DNA from: Sphyrna mokarran
Lineage: Eukaryota
NCBI GenBank assembly: GCA_024679065.1
Contig: JAGIQG010000043.1
Span: 1,116,001-1,180,000 of the forward strand
Direction: 5' to 3'
Length of the DNA stretch: 64,000 nucleotides
Within the stretch, counting starts at the first letter, position 1; each line of letters starts with the position of its first letter. Below, piece by piece: positions 24,701 through 37,146 of the stretch. Below the pieces are notes generated by a model. The model made no database searches and was not told the origin of the DNA. It saw only the letters and a program-made list of their open reading frames with translations. Position numbers and translations under genes: made by a program.

Positions 24701-27700
24701 ACTGGCCTCCTGCCCTGCAAAGACTCCATGATTGATCTGTTCAATGATGTTGAATCTTTGAAAACGTTTGGATGCAACATACCCATTTGCCTCTCTTTCC
24801 GCTGCCCTCTCCTCATTCTTTCTGTCAAGCTGAAACTGGATAAGAAAATAAACAGAATTAAACAGGAATTATACCCTGCAAATCCTGGCCAAGAAATATT
24901 TGAGAAAAAAAATCACTCATTGGTAAAATATGGGAAAATTCAACATGCGCCATTGGAATAAGTAGTGGTTTTGAATTATGTTGAAAATCATATTACATAC
25001 AGAGAGGAGAACTTTGAAAATGGCCCAGTTACTCACCTTTCATTAGCGGCTACCTCCCCTCGTTCTCCTGAAACAAGACACTGTGATTAGCAATTTAAAA
25101 CTTCCAGGGGAATCAGATAGGATGAACAATAGTAATGATATCCATACTGGATATTATTCCTCACCTGTTCTGCCTCTCTTCCAAATACAAAAGCAAAGAA
25201 GAACAAGAAGGATAATCGGAATCACCAGGATAATAATGGCAACGGATTGTGCCAGATTGCACCATCCTATGGAGAGAAATCTGTTACAAATTGCTGCTGG
25301 GTCAAAGAAATCTTTCTGCGTGGCTAGGACGGGAAGCTAAACGCAGATACTCTAAGCAGTACCTCTCGACATTCTGTTATATCTATAACTGAATAACAAT
25401 TAACATTTTCTATCAGGTTAGCATTGATCAAAGCTCAACGGGAATCGCCATTTAAACAGACTGGCTACAAAAAGCAAGTCAGAGATTGGGAATCCTGTGG
25501 AGAATAACTCACCTCCTGACTCTCCAAAACCTGTTCACCATCTATAAAGCACAATCAGAAGTGTGATGGATTACCCTTCACTTGCCTGGTTGGGTGCAAC
25601 TCCAACAACGCGAAAGAAGCTTGACATCATCAAGGGCAAATCAGCCTGCTTGATTGGCAACACATTCACTCCTTCCATCAGCCGATGCTCAGAAGCAGCA
25701 GCGTGTGCACTCACTCAGCAATTCACCAATGATCTGAGGCAGCATCTTTCAAACCTAGAACCGTTTCATCCAGAAGGACAATGGCAGCGGATACATGGAA
25801 TCATCACCAGCTGCATTTCCTTTTCCAAACTACTCAATATCACGACTTGGAAACATATCGGCATTCTGTAGCAGTTGTTGGATCAAAATCGTAGAACTCG
25901 ATCCCTAATGTCATTATGGGTCAACCCACTGCACGTAGACTGCACCGCATCTTTCAAACAGCTACTGAAATACTGTCACACTATCTAATTTTCCCTCAAA
26001 GCTTTGCACATTTCCCACTACAGAGTCCAAATACAATTCCAGTTGCGATATGTATTGTTACATACGCTTCCATTGGCCATTCAGACGTGCTCTTAATCCA
26101 ATATCAAAAAGTGTAAAATTGTCTAAAACGCAATTTTTGTGTTGCTTTTGACCTAGATCTTAAGGCGATAGGATTCCAGTATTAGGAATGTATAATGAAA
26201 CAGGTGCCAAACGGACACCACAGATTCTGGAGTGAGATTGTGGAAAATTGAACTAGTACCTCAGTCAAAAAAGGCACATTTAGAAAGTAATGTCAACTCG
26301 TGTTTGTTTCTTGATTGCAAAGAGCATCCAGCGTCGGACTGACTTGAACTGAATTTGAAAATCCAATGTCTGGATAGGGCGCAGGAAGCAGAATCAGTAA
26401 AAACTTGCAGCAGGCAAAAACACTCTGCCTTGAAGGGGAGAAGTGACCAGATTCCGGGCTGCACAGTGGTTACCACCGCTGTCTCACAGTGCCAGAGTAT
26501 GGTTTGAATATTGGCTTGGAGCAGGATCAGCACGTTCTCCTAGATCGGTGTTCGCTTCTTGCAGGCGTTCCAATTTGGAGGCGTTCCTCTAACTCTCGGA
26601 AGCCATGCTGGTTGGCGGAATTGGGCATTCTAAATTCTTCTTCAGTGCACTCCAAGAGGCGCCGGAATGGGGATTTACACAGCAAATTCATTGCAATGTT
26701 AATGTAAGCACACTTGTGACACTAATAAATAATGCAGGCACAACGGGAGACTACTCCTGTGTACGTAACAGGTGTCACATTCTCAATATTTGGAACATTA
26801 CCACAAGTGAATCCGAGTTGAATTCAAGGCATCATTGTGGAGATTAACAACTCACCTGTCCCAGTTTCTGTTGCTTTGGGGAAGAACGCACTCTCCGTCC
26901 AATATTTGCCTGAAATCCCCGGTTGAACAATGCAAGTACAGACACCGCCACTTCTCCAGACTTGCCCCGACACCATGACACGACTTCTGATGCTGTAGGT
27001 CCCATCCTCCTCCATTGTCCCGGGATCACTCGATCCCTCAGTGACCAGGCCAGAAATATTCCAGAAAATAGCCACCTGATTGGAAGAAACTCCATTGACC
27101 AAACACACTAAGGGCACGGCATCATGCACATCCAGCTCAGCCAGCGGGACAAATACTTGCACAGCCGTCTTGTTGGTGGAACTGTCTGGACAGAAATTGG
27201 GACATAGTTAACGATTAATTTACACAAAAAAGATAATGGTGTGCATACTCTGAATGGATTTCACTTGATCCCTTACCTCCAACCAGGAGTATGGTTCCAT
27301 CCCCGAACAGTGCAGACCGAGTATATATACAGTAGTACGAACCAGAGTCAGTGGTCTGGACATTGCGAATTTTCAGAATCAACACATTCCCTGGATTGCC
27401 TTTTTCAGAAATAAACTTACAGTTGGGCCTAGTACAGGTTGTGGTGTTTATTAGTATCGGGGCTTCACCCAGCCTCTGTTTGTACCAAGCATAGTCGGAT
27501 ACCAAATTCACTTCTTGAGTGTCATGGAAGAATAACTCCACCGTTTGGCCCACTGCAGCTGTGACTGTGAAGGGGATCTGAGACAGAGAGGACTCGGATT
27601 CTGTAACTAGAGAGTTTATTGTGAGAGAAGCACTGATTATTGAAATACCTGAAGCAGACTCTAAAAATCAAATCGCCTCGATTTAAAACATACTTTATTG

Positions 27701-28224
27701 ATGTCAGAAGTAGCCTGACATTAACACTGCAATTAAGTTAGGGCGAAAATCCCCTGTTTTCCACAGAGCGAGGCCTGTCCGGATACACTGAGGGAGAATT
27801 TTTAGCACCGCCAATGCATCAACTGGCACCTCTTTTGGACTGTGGGAGCAAACTTGAGCGATGGGAGGAAACCCATGCAGACGGGGAGAGGACGTGCAGA
27901 CTCCACACAGACCGCGACCCAAACAGGTATCGAACCCAGTTCTCTGGCGCTCTGAGGCAGCAGTGCTATCCACTGTGCAATCTCATTATTCTTTGTAATT
28001 TTCGTTTGTTATACTTATTTTTTTCGCTTTATAAATTAACTTATATGATTAGTTCAAAAGCCTTCACCTGAACTCTGGCACGTCCTTTTGGCTTAGAAAA
28101 AAACTCATTCTGGTTTATAAAATTTATAAAATTCATTCTGCTTAAAATTCCTCCCCGCCTCTTACTCACAGTGAAATCTCAGGATTTGGAAAATGAGTAT
28201 CAAAGATAGAGATTCTTCGGCCAT
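21705..28224 (-). CDS. Gene B1: non-rearranging VJ-C1-TM-cytoplasmic IgSF receptor, ~347 aa; exons 28224-28170 (L1), 28091-28068 (putative 24-nt L2), 27600-27277 (VJ), 27185-26856 (C1), 25266-25165 (TM), 25067-25037, 24835-24783, 24028-23979, 21779-21705
   Basis: Phase-consistent GT-AG exons; the V-to-stop exons have the same lengths as in B2. TM GWCNLAQSVAIIILVIPIILLVLLCFCIWKR; terminal exon SGPTYASLDLAALEKRSKKKAGRK*; polyA signal near 21326-21331. Confidence 0.83.
22870..23340 (+). mobile_element. CR1 3' fragment shared with arm B (47712-48186 -)
   Basis: ORF2 C-terminal peptide and tail; present in both arms. Confidence 0.8.
23345..23560 (-). mobile_element. V-SINE (HE1-like); similar copies near 24080-24540, 27703-27980, 28505-28745, 30490-30620, 31490-31660, 33600-33830, 46520-46980, 47490-47710, 61850-62200, 63580-63865
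   Basis: GTGGAGTTTGCACATTCTCCCCGTG...GGGTTTCCTCCGGGTGCTCCGGTTTCCTCCCAC core; some copies keep a tRNA-like head (GGGTTCGANTCC). Confidence 0.75.
25430..25950 (+). mobile_element. Degenerate 3' RT fragment of another non-LTR element (L2/Crack-like)
   Basis: SVMDYPSLAW...KKLDIIKGKSACLIG peptide typical of LINE ORF2 C-terminus. Confidence 0.6.
26856..27185 (-). CDS. B1 C1-set exon
   Basis: VPLVCLVNG...IFW...DGTYSIRS...W...CTC; 91-nt V-C intron. Confidence 0.92.
27277..27600 (-). CDS. B1 germline-joined VJ exon
   Basis: GQTVELFF...WYKQRLGEAP...DSGSYYC...FGDGTILLV; canonical splice sites. Confidence 0.92.
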
Positions 28225-31200
28225 CTTGATTGAAATTTCCTCGTATTGTGTCTCACGGGCTCGCTTCTACAGACACTGTGGACACAATAACGTGGTCTGC
28301 GTCCCACTTAGTTGGGCCTTTACAGATTCAATGGAAACTATGACGACGTCTGCTGTGGAGATTATGTCACCATTATAGGGCAGTGTTGGGGTGAAGGCAA
28401 TATGCGTTTGACAATCCTCATAGTTTGTGCGCCACAGCTGAGCAGCCGACTCTAAACATCGAATCTTCTTGAAACAACGTTTATTTTATTAATGGTAGAA
28501 TTAGGCTTACATTAATACAGCAATGAAGTTACGGCGAAAATCCCCTATTCTCCACACTGCGACACCTGTTCGGATACACGAAGGACAATTTTTAGCACCG
28601 CCAATGCAGCAACTAGCTCGTGAGAGCGACCAAGGATACCCACGCAGACAGGGAGAGGACATGCAAACTCTACCTAGACAGTGACCCAGACCAAATATCG
28701 AACACGCTTCTCTGGTGCAGTGAGGCAGCAGTGCTGTCCACTGCACAACTTAGTAGAGTGCAATAACTAACTTTTTTTCCATTGTAGTGCAGAGTGTACT
28801 ATTGGAAAGATGCAGACTGAAGGTTCGGGTGAACGTTTCTAAGTTAAAATATCTAAGTTTTTAATCATTCGTAGGACATGGGCGTGGTGGCTGGCCAACA
28901 TTTACTTTTTGCACGTGGGGAGCATTTCAGATTCATTGAGACTGTAAAACCAAAATACTGTGGCTGGACAGTCGCATGTAGGCCAGACCGGCTGAGGGTG
29001 GCAGATTTCCGTCCAGAAAAGACATGAGTGAACCAGATTGGTTCATTTCTGAGAGTGAACAATGCTTTCATGCTCTTCAGTATATCTTTAATTCCAGATT
29101 TTCTAGATTGTTATATTGAACTCAATTTTAAATCAGCACCCATGTGATGACAGAATTCTAAACGTGTCTCCAGAGCATTAACTGTGTTTCTGGATTAATA
29201 GTCTAGCGATAATACCACTAGGCCATCGCCGGAAACTGCTACTGAATAGGTGCTACTGGTCCAATTTTCAGGAAATCTATTCTGTTACCCATCATCATTC
29301 TCTTTTTGAATACGAGACCCAGCCTGTATTTTTTTTTGTCTGTCCTGTTACTAATGATAGTTCCGCCCTGCTATCCTTCTGCGAAACTGAGCTAATTCCA
29401 GTGTCGGAATTTCCTCTTTGTACGATAGAGGGACGCAAATGAAGACAGTTATTCCAAATTTGAAATAAAGTTTTCTGCACTGAAGTCAACATGTGGGCTT
29501 TACTGATACATGCCCCTGTAGTTGGGTTTTGTATATTCCCAGCGAGTTGTCCAAGCAACTTCATCAAAAGGAGTCGGGAAGCAAAACCAAGGAGCATAGC
29601 TCGAAGTTGAGAGGGGAACGTTTCAAAGGATGTGGGGGTAAACTGCTTCATACAGAGCGCTCTACGCATATAGAATGATCTTTCAAAGGGGATGTTAGTT
29701 GCAGATATATCACGTTAAAAAAAAAACATTTGTACAAGTACATGAATGGATAAGGTCGAGAGGAATATGGTCAAGCGCAGGAAAACGGAATTAGTTCAGG
29801 TTAGGAAACCTGGTCAACAAGGACGAGTGATGCCGAAGGACCTGTTCCCATGTTGCATTTCTCTCTCTACTTATACACGAGCCTGTTCTCTGTTTACTCC
29901 AAATCCACCCTAGGAGGATAACATTCATCAATCTGCAGTTTAACACTTAGTTTCAGTGTTTGACCAACTTATGCATGAAACGCCTCAACTGTAAATAAAA
30001 CAGGAAAGGCATTGACAGCTTCTGGCAAGAACATCATTTGTTTTTTCCATCTCAAACATCAGGTGATGAAATGATCAGAATTTTGGCCAACCATCTCCGC
30101 ATCTCAGTTCATGTTGCAGAGCCCCAATTAGGCTGTGGGTAAGAATATTTTAAGACTCTCAGCAATCAGCCGCGGTCACAGGAAATGCGCCTCTTTGCTG
30201 CTGAAAAGCAGCATTTCTCAGTAAGGCCCAACACTCTCTGCTCATTTCAGAACTCATTTTATCAGTAATCCTTTCCACCAAGCTCTTCTCATTCATATTA
30301 ATGACACTCATTAATATAAGGAACCAGGCACTTGACCAGCAGTTCACTGGGTTCGCACGGTGTAATATCTACACAAACGCACTGTAACAATTCAGGAAGA
30401 TTTTTTTTTCTGGAAATTAGTGGAAGGATCAGTGGGTGCATGGTATTACGACAATCTCCAATTCCCCTCCCGGCTTAACCCTATATTTACTGCATTAGTA
30501 TGGTTGGCATTGCTGTCTCACAGTTTCAAGATCCGGGTTCGACTCCCGGCTTGGGCCATTGCCTGCACTGGCGTCTACACGTTCTCCCCGTATCTGCGCC
30601 GTTTTATTCCGGGTGTCGATTATCCACGATAGGAGAATCTAAATCTAAAGACCATAGCTTGAATTTGAGAGGGGAGCGATTAAAAGGGTTTTAAGAAGAA
30701 ACATTTTCACACAAGAGTGTGGTCCGAATATAGAAATATTGGCCAAACGCAGGCAAATGGGATTTCTTCCGTTTTAGAAACTTCATGGTCACAGGCGAGT
30801 TGGTACTCTTTCCGTGCGATTTTTTTCCCTCATGTTGTATAATAGCCTGTTCTCTGTTTAATCTAATACACCCCAGGTTGGACACACTCATCAATCTGTA
30901 TTCTAACACTTAGTCCCAGCGTTTGACCACAGCAGGCAGTTCTCTGCAAAAAAAAGCACCACAATTATTAAAGCAGAAGTAAACTAACAGCTTCTGCTCG
31001 AATGTTATTTTCCATCTCAAGCATCAGGTTTTGAAGTGGTCGGAATGTTGGTTAGCGATCTCCTCCCCTCAGTGCGTTTTGCACAGCACCGAATGGGCTG
31101 TGAGTCAGGGTGGTCTGACACAGCAAACAGATGCAGTCACAGGCAATGAGCCTCTTTGCTGCCGAGCCACACTCTCTGCGGCTGCCTCTACCACCTCAGC

Positions 31201-31674
31201 ATGTCTGTAGTTCAGGCCCTCACTGAAGCTGAACACTCACTGCACATATCCGAACCCATTTTGTCAGTAATCCTTCCTACCAGGCTCTCCACATTCAGGT
31301 TAATGTAGTTCATTAATGTTGGGATTAATCCCTTCACCAGCGCCTCAATGGGATAACACTATGTAATGCCTACAAAACCGCACGGTGACAAATCAGGATG
31401 ATTGCTATTTGTTTGAAAGAAATAGAAGGAGCTCAGGTTATTTGAAAGCACGACAATATGCATTTGCCCTCCCAGCCACGGCCCCAGGCTGAGTGTCTTG
31501 TGGCGCTTATCACTTATGCCTCACAATTTCAGGGACCTGGGATTGTTTCCATCCTCAGGTCACTGTGTGTGTGGAGTTTGCACTGTTTCTCCGTGTCTGT
31601 GTGGGATTCCTCCGGTGGGGCTAGTTTCATTCTCCAGTCCGATAGACATGCTAGATAGGTGCCCTGGCCCATTA

Positions 31675-33057
31675 ACAAAGGACAAAGAACAAATAACAAA
31701 AGAGCAAGGAAACAGGCCCTTCGGCCCAACGAGCCCGTGCCGCCACCCCGATGTTCCCACGTCTACCGTGATCCCTCTCCATGTTTATAGATCTATGGAT
31801 TAAAAAACAATTGTGAGACAATTTAGGGAGAATTTCTTTTCCCAATTAGCATAAGAGCACACCTTTGACATGTGGGAGCGAACTGGAGAACCCGGAGAAA
31901 ACCCACGCAAGCACGGGGAGAATGCGCAAACTCCCACTGACACAGGCCCAAATCCAGGTATCTGCACAACAAAGCGATACTCACTGAGCGGTCGTGTTGT
32001 CCATCAAATGGTCCAGGTCAATCGTTCACTAACAACGTGAAGCACTAAGATACGGTCGAAAAAATCCAAGAGCACCCCTCTCACGACCCATCGCGTGTAT
32101 GCCCCTTGTTAGACAACAAGGTGGACCAAACATCTGTAGAATAAAAACAAGTTCAACAATATAATCATCTATTTACACATTTGCCAGGAACTCCCAAGGA
32201 ACATGATCCCTATTTTACATCTGTTTTCTTTACCCCTCCATTCCCATTCTGTTCATGTGCCCATCTAAGTATTTAAGAAATACCTCGGGAGTGCCTGCCT
32301 CCAACTCTTTACTTGGCAGCGCATTCCACACCCCCACCACCCTCTGTGTGAAAAAACTCACTCTGGCATCCAAATTATACCTTACCTCCCTCACCCTAAG
32401 CCCGTGATCCCTCGTGCTATTCGAGTCCATCCTAGGAAAAAGCTTAACCCTGTTTACTCTATCCACACCACTCCTAATCGTGTACACCTCTATTAGATCT
32501 CCTCTAAGTCTACGTCTTTCTAAGGAAAACAGTGTCAATTTGCCTAACCTCTCCTCGTAACTCAGGTCTTCCATAACAGGCAGCATCCTGGTAAACCTCC
32601 TCTGCACTTTCTCCAGAGTCTCCACGTCCCAGTAGTAAGTCAACCAGAACTGGACGCAGTATTCCAAATGAGGTCTAAGCAACGTTTTATATAACTGCAA
32701 CATTAAATGACAGCTCTTGTACTCTATACCCCTTCCTATAAAGGCTAGCAGACCTTATGTTTTCTTCACAACTTTCTCCACTTGCTCTGTCACCTTCAGA
32801 AACTTGTGCACTTGCACCCCTAAGTCCCGCTGCGTTTCTATACTCTTAATAGGCCTACCCTTTACCATATACCTCCCCGCTGCATCCTTGCTCCCAAAAT
32901 GCATCAAATTGGGTTCATCAGAATTGAATTCCATCTGCCATCTATCTGCCCAAGCTACCAGCCTATTTATGTCCTGCTGCAACGCCCGACAATGCTCCTC
33001 ACTATCCGCAAGTTCAGCCACCTTTGCATCGTCTGCAAATTTCCTGATCACTCCAGC
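31675..33057 (-). mobile_element. 5'-truncated CR1 with V-SINE-containing 3' UTR
   Basis: ORFs 32755-33126 and 32230-32703; same 3' UTR as 8460-9000. Confidence 0.92.
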
Positions 33058-33064
33058 AAGTTGT

Positions 33065-33460
33065 CCAGTGAGACGTCTCACAACAACAGGGTAGAGTCCA
33101 ACCAATTTATTTGACAGTAATCTCACAAGATTTTGGAAACGGTGTTGGTTCGCCAGGCATGTGGTAAGTTCTGATCAGAGAAGGGTATATAAATCAAACA
33201 TACTGATTAGAATGCAAATCTTTACAGCTAATCTGGTATTCAAGTCTTGAAAATGCAGACAGTGTGAGAGGAGATGAAGTTAGCAGAGGTTAAAGACATG
33301 TGGATTGTGTTCAGGAAGCACACTAAATGAGATTTTGCAAGCCCGGTCAAGTCAGGAGGTTACATCTCCATTTGTCAGATAAAGTGGTTGGACTCTTACC
33401 TGGTGCTCTGAGACTTCTTACAGCGTTTACCCCAGTCCAACGCCAGCATCTCTACATAAT
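33065..33460. mobile_element. Degenerate Penelope-like inverted-repeat remnant; collapsed hairpin versions at ~37812-37937 and ~40676-40801
   Basis: TCTCACAACA...GTCCAAC...TTTATTTG paired with GTTGGACT...CCTGGTG...GAGACTTCTTA...CCCCAGTCCAACGCC...ATCTCTACAT; family assignment from recall. Confidence 0.5.
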
Positions 33461-35284
33461 GACTATTGTCCCAGAATAGGCACCAGAGTGTGCAGTCGAA
33501 GATTTTTCACAGAAATGTCGTTGCGTTGTTTATGCAAACCTATCTGTGATACTATTCAATAACGCATAAGTAACTCGCTCTTGTCTCGATATTTTCATTC
33601 CTAATCATCATCCACACGCTGGCGCCTGTTTAGGTACACAGAAGGAAACTTTAGCATGGTGAAAATCCCTAACCAGTATGCTGTTCACACTGTGGGAGGA
33701 AAGCGACGCACCCAGAGGAAATCCATGTAGAGAAAAGGAGAGGACGCAGACTCTGCATAGACAGTCACCCAAGGCTCTAATTGAACTTCAGGCCCTGGCG
33801 CTGTGACACAGCAGTGCTAATTCACTATGAACGGCACGTTTTGCCTGGATGATACGTAGGAAGCAATACTTTTCACTGTGCCCCAATACATGTGACATGA
33901 TAAATCAAATCTATGCACTTTATGATCGGTATGTTGTCTGTGCAATGCTCAGGAACAACACTTTTCAATGTATCCCGCTAACATGTCAATAAAAAATCGG
34001 ATCATGTCATATCATATACTGCCAATGGTTGAAGTAAATTTCCGAATGAATTAATTCTGTTTAGGAGAGTTAAGTTAACCCATCCTGCACCCTCCAGGAG
34101 GATTAATTATCCATTTTAACAGATTTCTGTAGAGCCAATTTGAGATATCTGTTAGATATGATTTTGCGGCCGAAAACAGTGTTTTTAATTTGAGAATGAT
34201 TGTACTGGTTAGGAAGATGACGGTTAGAGATTATATTGGAATTTATTTATCCAGAAATGATCAGGCCAATGATTTCTAGTTTAGTGTTTATTGTTTATGA
34301 AATTAAAATGTGGTTTGAAAGTATATTACATTATGTCAGTTAAAAAAAATGTGATTGCCATGTACATTTTAGGAGCTAATTGCGTTTCTGAACAATTACA
34401 TTCAAGAGTAAAATGTTTCCACACCCAGCCAATGTAACCTGTAAGTAGTTGTGGCAATAATGTGCTTTTAAAAAATGTGTTTTCAATCATGTTATTTAGT
34501 AGGGTTTTCAAGCAGCTCTTGGCTTTGTGTTGGCCCTGCTTTAGTCACAGACACTGGCGTACTCTAATTGCAACTCAAGCAATAGAATTGCCACGTGGTT
34601 CCTTTTTAATCTGGACTAATGCAGAATCCTCGGGCGATATGATCCGTTGGTGGAACGATCAGGTGGAGCGTGATCGCCAAGTCAGCTGACGCCCGGGAAC
34701 TAGTTTTCTTTCACCGAAAAATCCAAGTGTTCACTTTTGTTGTTTAGCAGGAGCCTAAGGTGGGGAGCAGTTCCTGTGCATGTGGCCTTGCTCTGGAGTT
34801 GGAAATTATGCCGTCAGTGAGTTACTATTAAAAGCTGATGGAGGCTGGCATATCCCAGTCTATTTCTCTCTCCAGAGACTTTTTGGAAATTTCTGGGACT
34901 CGGAAGCCTCAGTGATTTCATCCAAATTCAAATCATCGATTCACGACACGTATTAAAAAAGCTGAAAACTCAACACCGCGTGAACATCTTACCTTTTGTG
35001 CTAAACCGAGGAAGGCATGTATTTCTGGGGTGTGTTGTTTGGATTGGAACTTCACAGACAGCTAGCTGGTAAAGTCTATTCTACGTCATGTTTGAATCGT
35101 GTAATTGCGAAAGATAATGCTAATTCTTTTGATGTAAATTGACCTGTATTCTTAAATAAACTTTGTTTAAAGCTTTCGTGTTGATTATCTGAATCATAAC
35201 CAGAGTGAAGCACCTTATGCTCAACTGCGCCAAATTTAAATGCAAGAGCATAGGATTTAGTTTTCAGAATTGTTATCATTATTC

Positions 35285-36850
35285 GCCATAAGTCCCCCAC
35301 TGAAATTTTGATGACCTGACCTGGCTCATTCCCCAGTACTTGGTCCAGTATAGCTCTGTGTCTAGTAGGACTTTGAACGTATTATTCCAAAGAACCTTCC
35401 TGAGCACATTTCACAAATTCTTTCCTGTCTGGACGCCCAGCCCTAAGGGATTTCCAGTCTATACAAAGGAAATTAAAGTCTCCCACGACGACCCCTATTT
35501 TTCTAAAGCTACCCAGAGTTTTCTTACGTATCAGTTCCACAACTTTCCATGGGCTGTTGGGAGGCCTGTAGTATAACCCCAGCAAAGTGACTGTGCCCTT
35601 CCTGTTTCTGAGCTCTACCCAAAGTGTTTCGTTACGTGATCCTTGGAAATTGTCCACCCACCTACCGCTGCAATATGCTCCTTAACCAGTATTGCTGTTC
35701 CCCCACCTCTTTTAGCCCCTCCTCTGTCTTGTTGAAGCTCTTACACCCTGGAATATTCAGCTATCAGTATTGTCCTTTTTTCAAGTCCCTTTTACTGCAT
35801 CCACATCGAAATTTACTGCCTGTATTAAAGCTCTAAGTTTATCCACCTTGCCTATTCGCACCTTAATTTAAGCAGATGCACTACAGACCTCCAGGCTCAC
35901 TGAGTTCATACTCTCCGAGATTGCTCATCTTCTTAGGTAGCGTTGTTTTGGCCCCATGTTCGTCCCAGTCTCAGCGCTTCCTGACGTGTTCTGATTCCCA
36001 GCCCAATGCCACATCATCTCCCAAACCACACTCGTAAAATTCCCAGCCATGATATTGATGCCCCTCCAGTTCAGGTGTAACTCGTCTTCTTTGTGCAGGT
36101 CCCATCTTCTCTGGAAGACACTCCACTTATCCATGAATCTGAAACTCTCCCTCCTGCACCAGTTCTTTTTCCACGTGTTCGGCGACACTATCTCTCTGTT
36201 CTTAGCCTCACTAGCACGTGGCACGGGGAACAATCCGGAGATCGCTACCCTGAAGCTCTTGTTCATTTTTAGCCTTCTACCTAACGCCCTAAATTGCTCT
36301 TGCATGACCTCCCTGCTCTTTCTCTCTATGTCATTTGTAGCAATGCGGACAATGAAGTTTGTCTGACCACCGTTTTAGGATGCTCTCTACCCGCCCAGAG
36401 ACATGCAGGACACTCACACCAGGGAGGCAGACTGCGACCCTGGGGTCACGTTCACGTCCACAGAATCGCCTGTCTCTACCTCTAACGATTGAATCCCCCA
36501 CTACTATGGCTCTCCGATTCTCCCCTTTTTCCTTTTGACCCACAGAACACGACTCGGCACCAATGACCTGGTCACCATGGCTTACCCCGAGAAGGTAATC
36601 CTTTCCAACAGTATCCAAAACGGATACTTTTTCGAAGGGGAACAGCCGCAGGGCATCCCTGCACTGCCAGCTTCCCCCCCCACCCCCCCGTCCCCCGTCC
36701 CCTATCCTGACTGTCCGCCACTTAGCTTCATTTTCAGGCGTTACCACTTCCCAATAACTCCTATCGATCAGCCGCTCTGCCTCCCGGATGATGTGTGAGC
36801 TGATAGCTGTTCAAGATTCGACCATTCGATTCTGATGGAACACGAATGAA
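35285..36850 (-). mobile_element. Degenerate CR1 5' portion (ORF1 esterase plus APE start)
   Basis: AIVVGDSIVRGRDRRFCG...CLPG; LWVELRNRKG...YYRPPN...VGDFN. Confidence 0.88.
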
Positions 36851-36989
36851 ACCAGCAATCGTTGCATCACCTTCACTTCCATATATAAATATAAATACAG
36901 AAATATACATTATATGATAATGATGTTCTACTTGTTTTCTCTATCTCATGTAGTCTCGAAGATTGGCGAATCGATATCGGATATATCGA

Positions 36990-37025
<36 letters not shown>

Positions 37026-37146
37026 GTGCGTTGAAAAAACGACCTCCCTCGTCGACAAACTAGACCATTGATAGATCATGAACAAATCTAATCGCCAATC
37101 TTCCAGTCGACATCAGTTTCCATTGAAATCTTATACGTCTGTTTTA

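Larger units (their letters stand above)
2690..27751. repeat. Arm A of a large inverted segmental duplication
   Basis: Unique sequence matches the reverse complement of 42794-59762 in collinear order (roughly 90% by eye), with arm-specific TE indels. Confidence 0.9.

Noticed and set aside
27649-27660. 12-nt candidate micro-exon AGTCTGCTTCAG before the B V exon
   Set aside because: Following intron would be only 48 nt, and joining it directly to L1 gives TAG.
33065-33460. Hammerhead ribozyme in the Penelope-like remnant
   Set aside because: The CTGATGA...GAAA core is not intact in these copies.
34450-35280. Second possible solo LTR (TGT start, AATAAA near 35155)
   Set aside because: No recognisable CA end or TSD; abuts a CR1.
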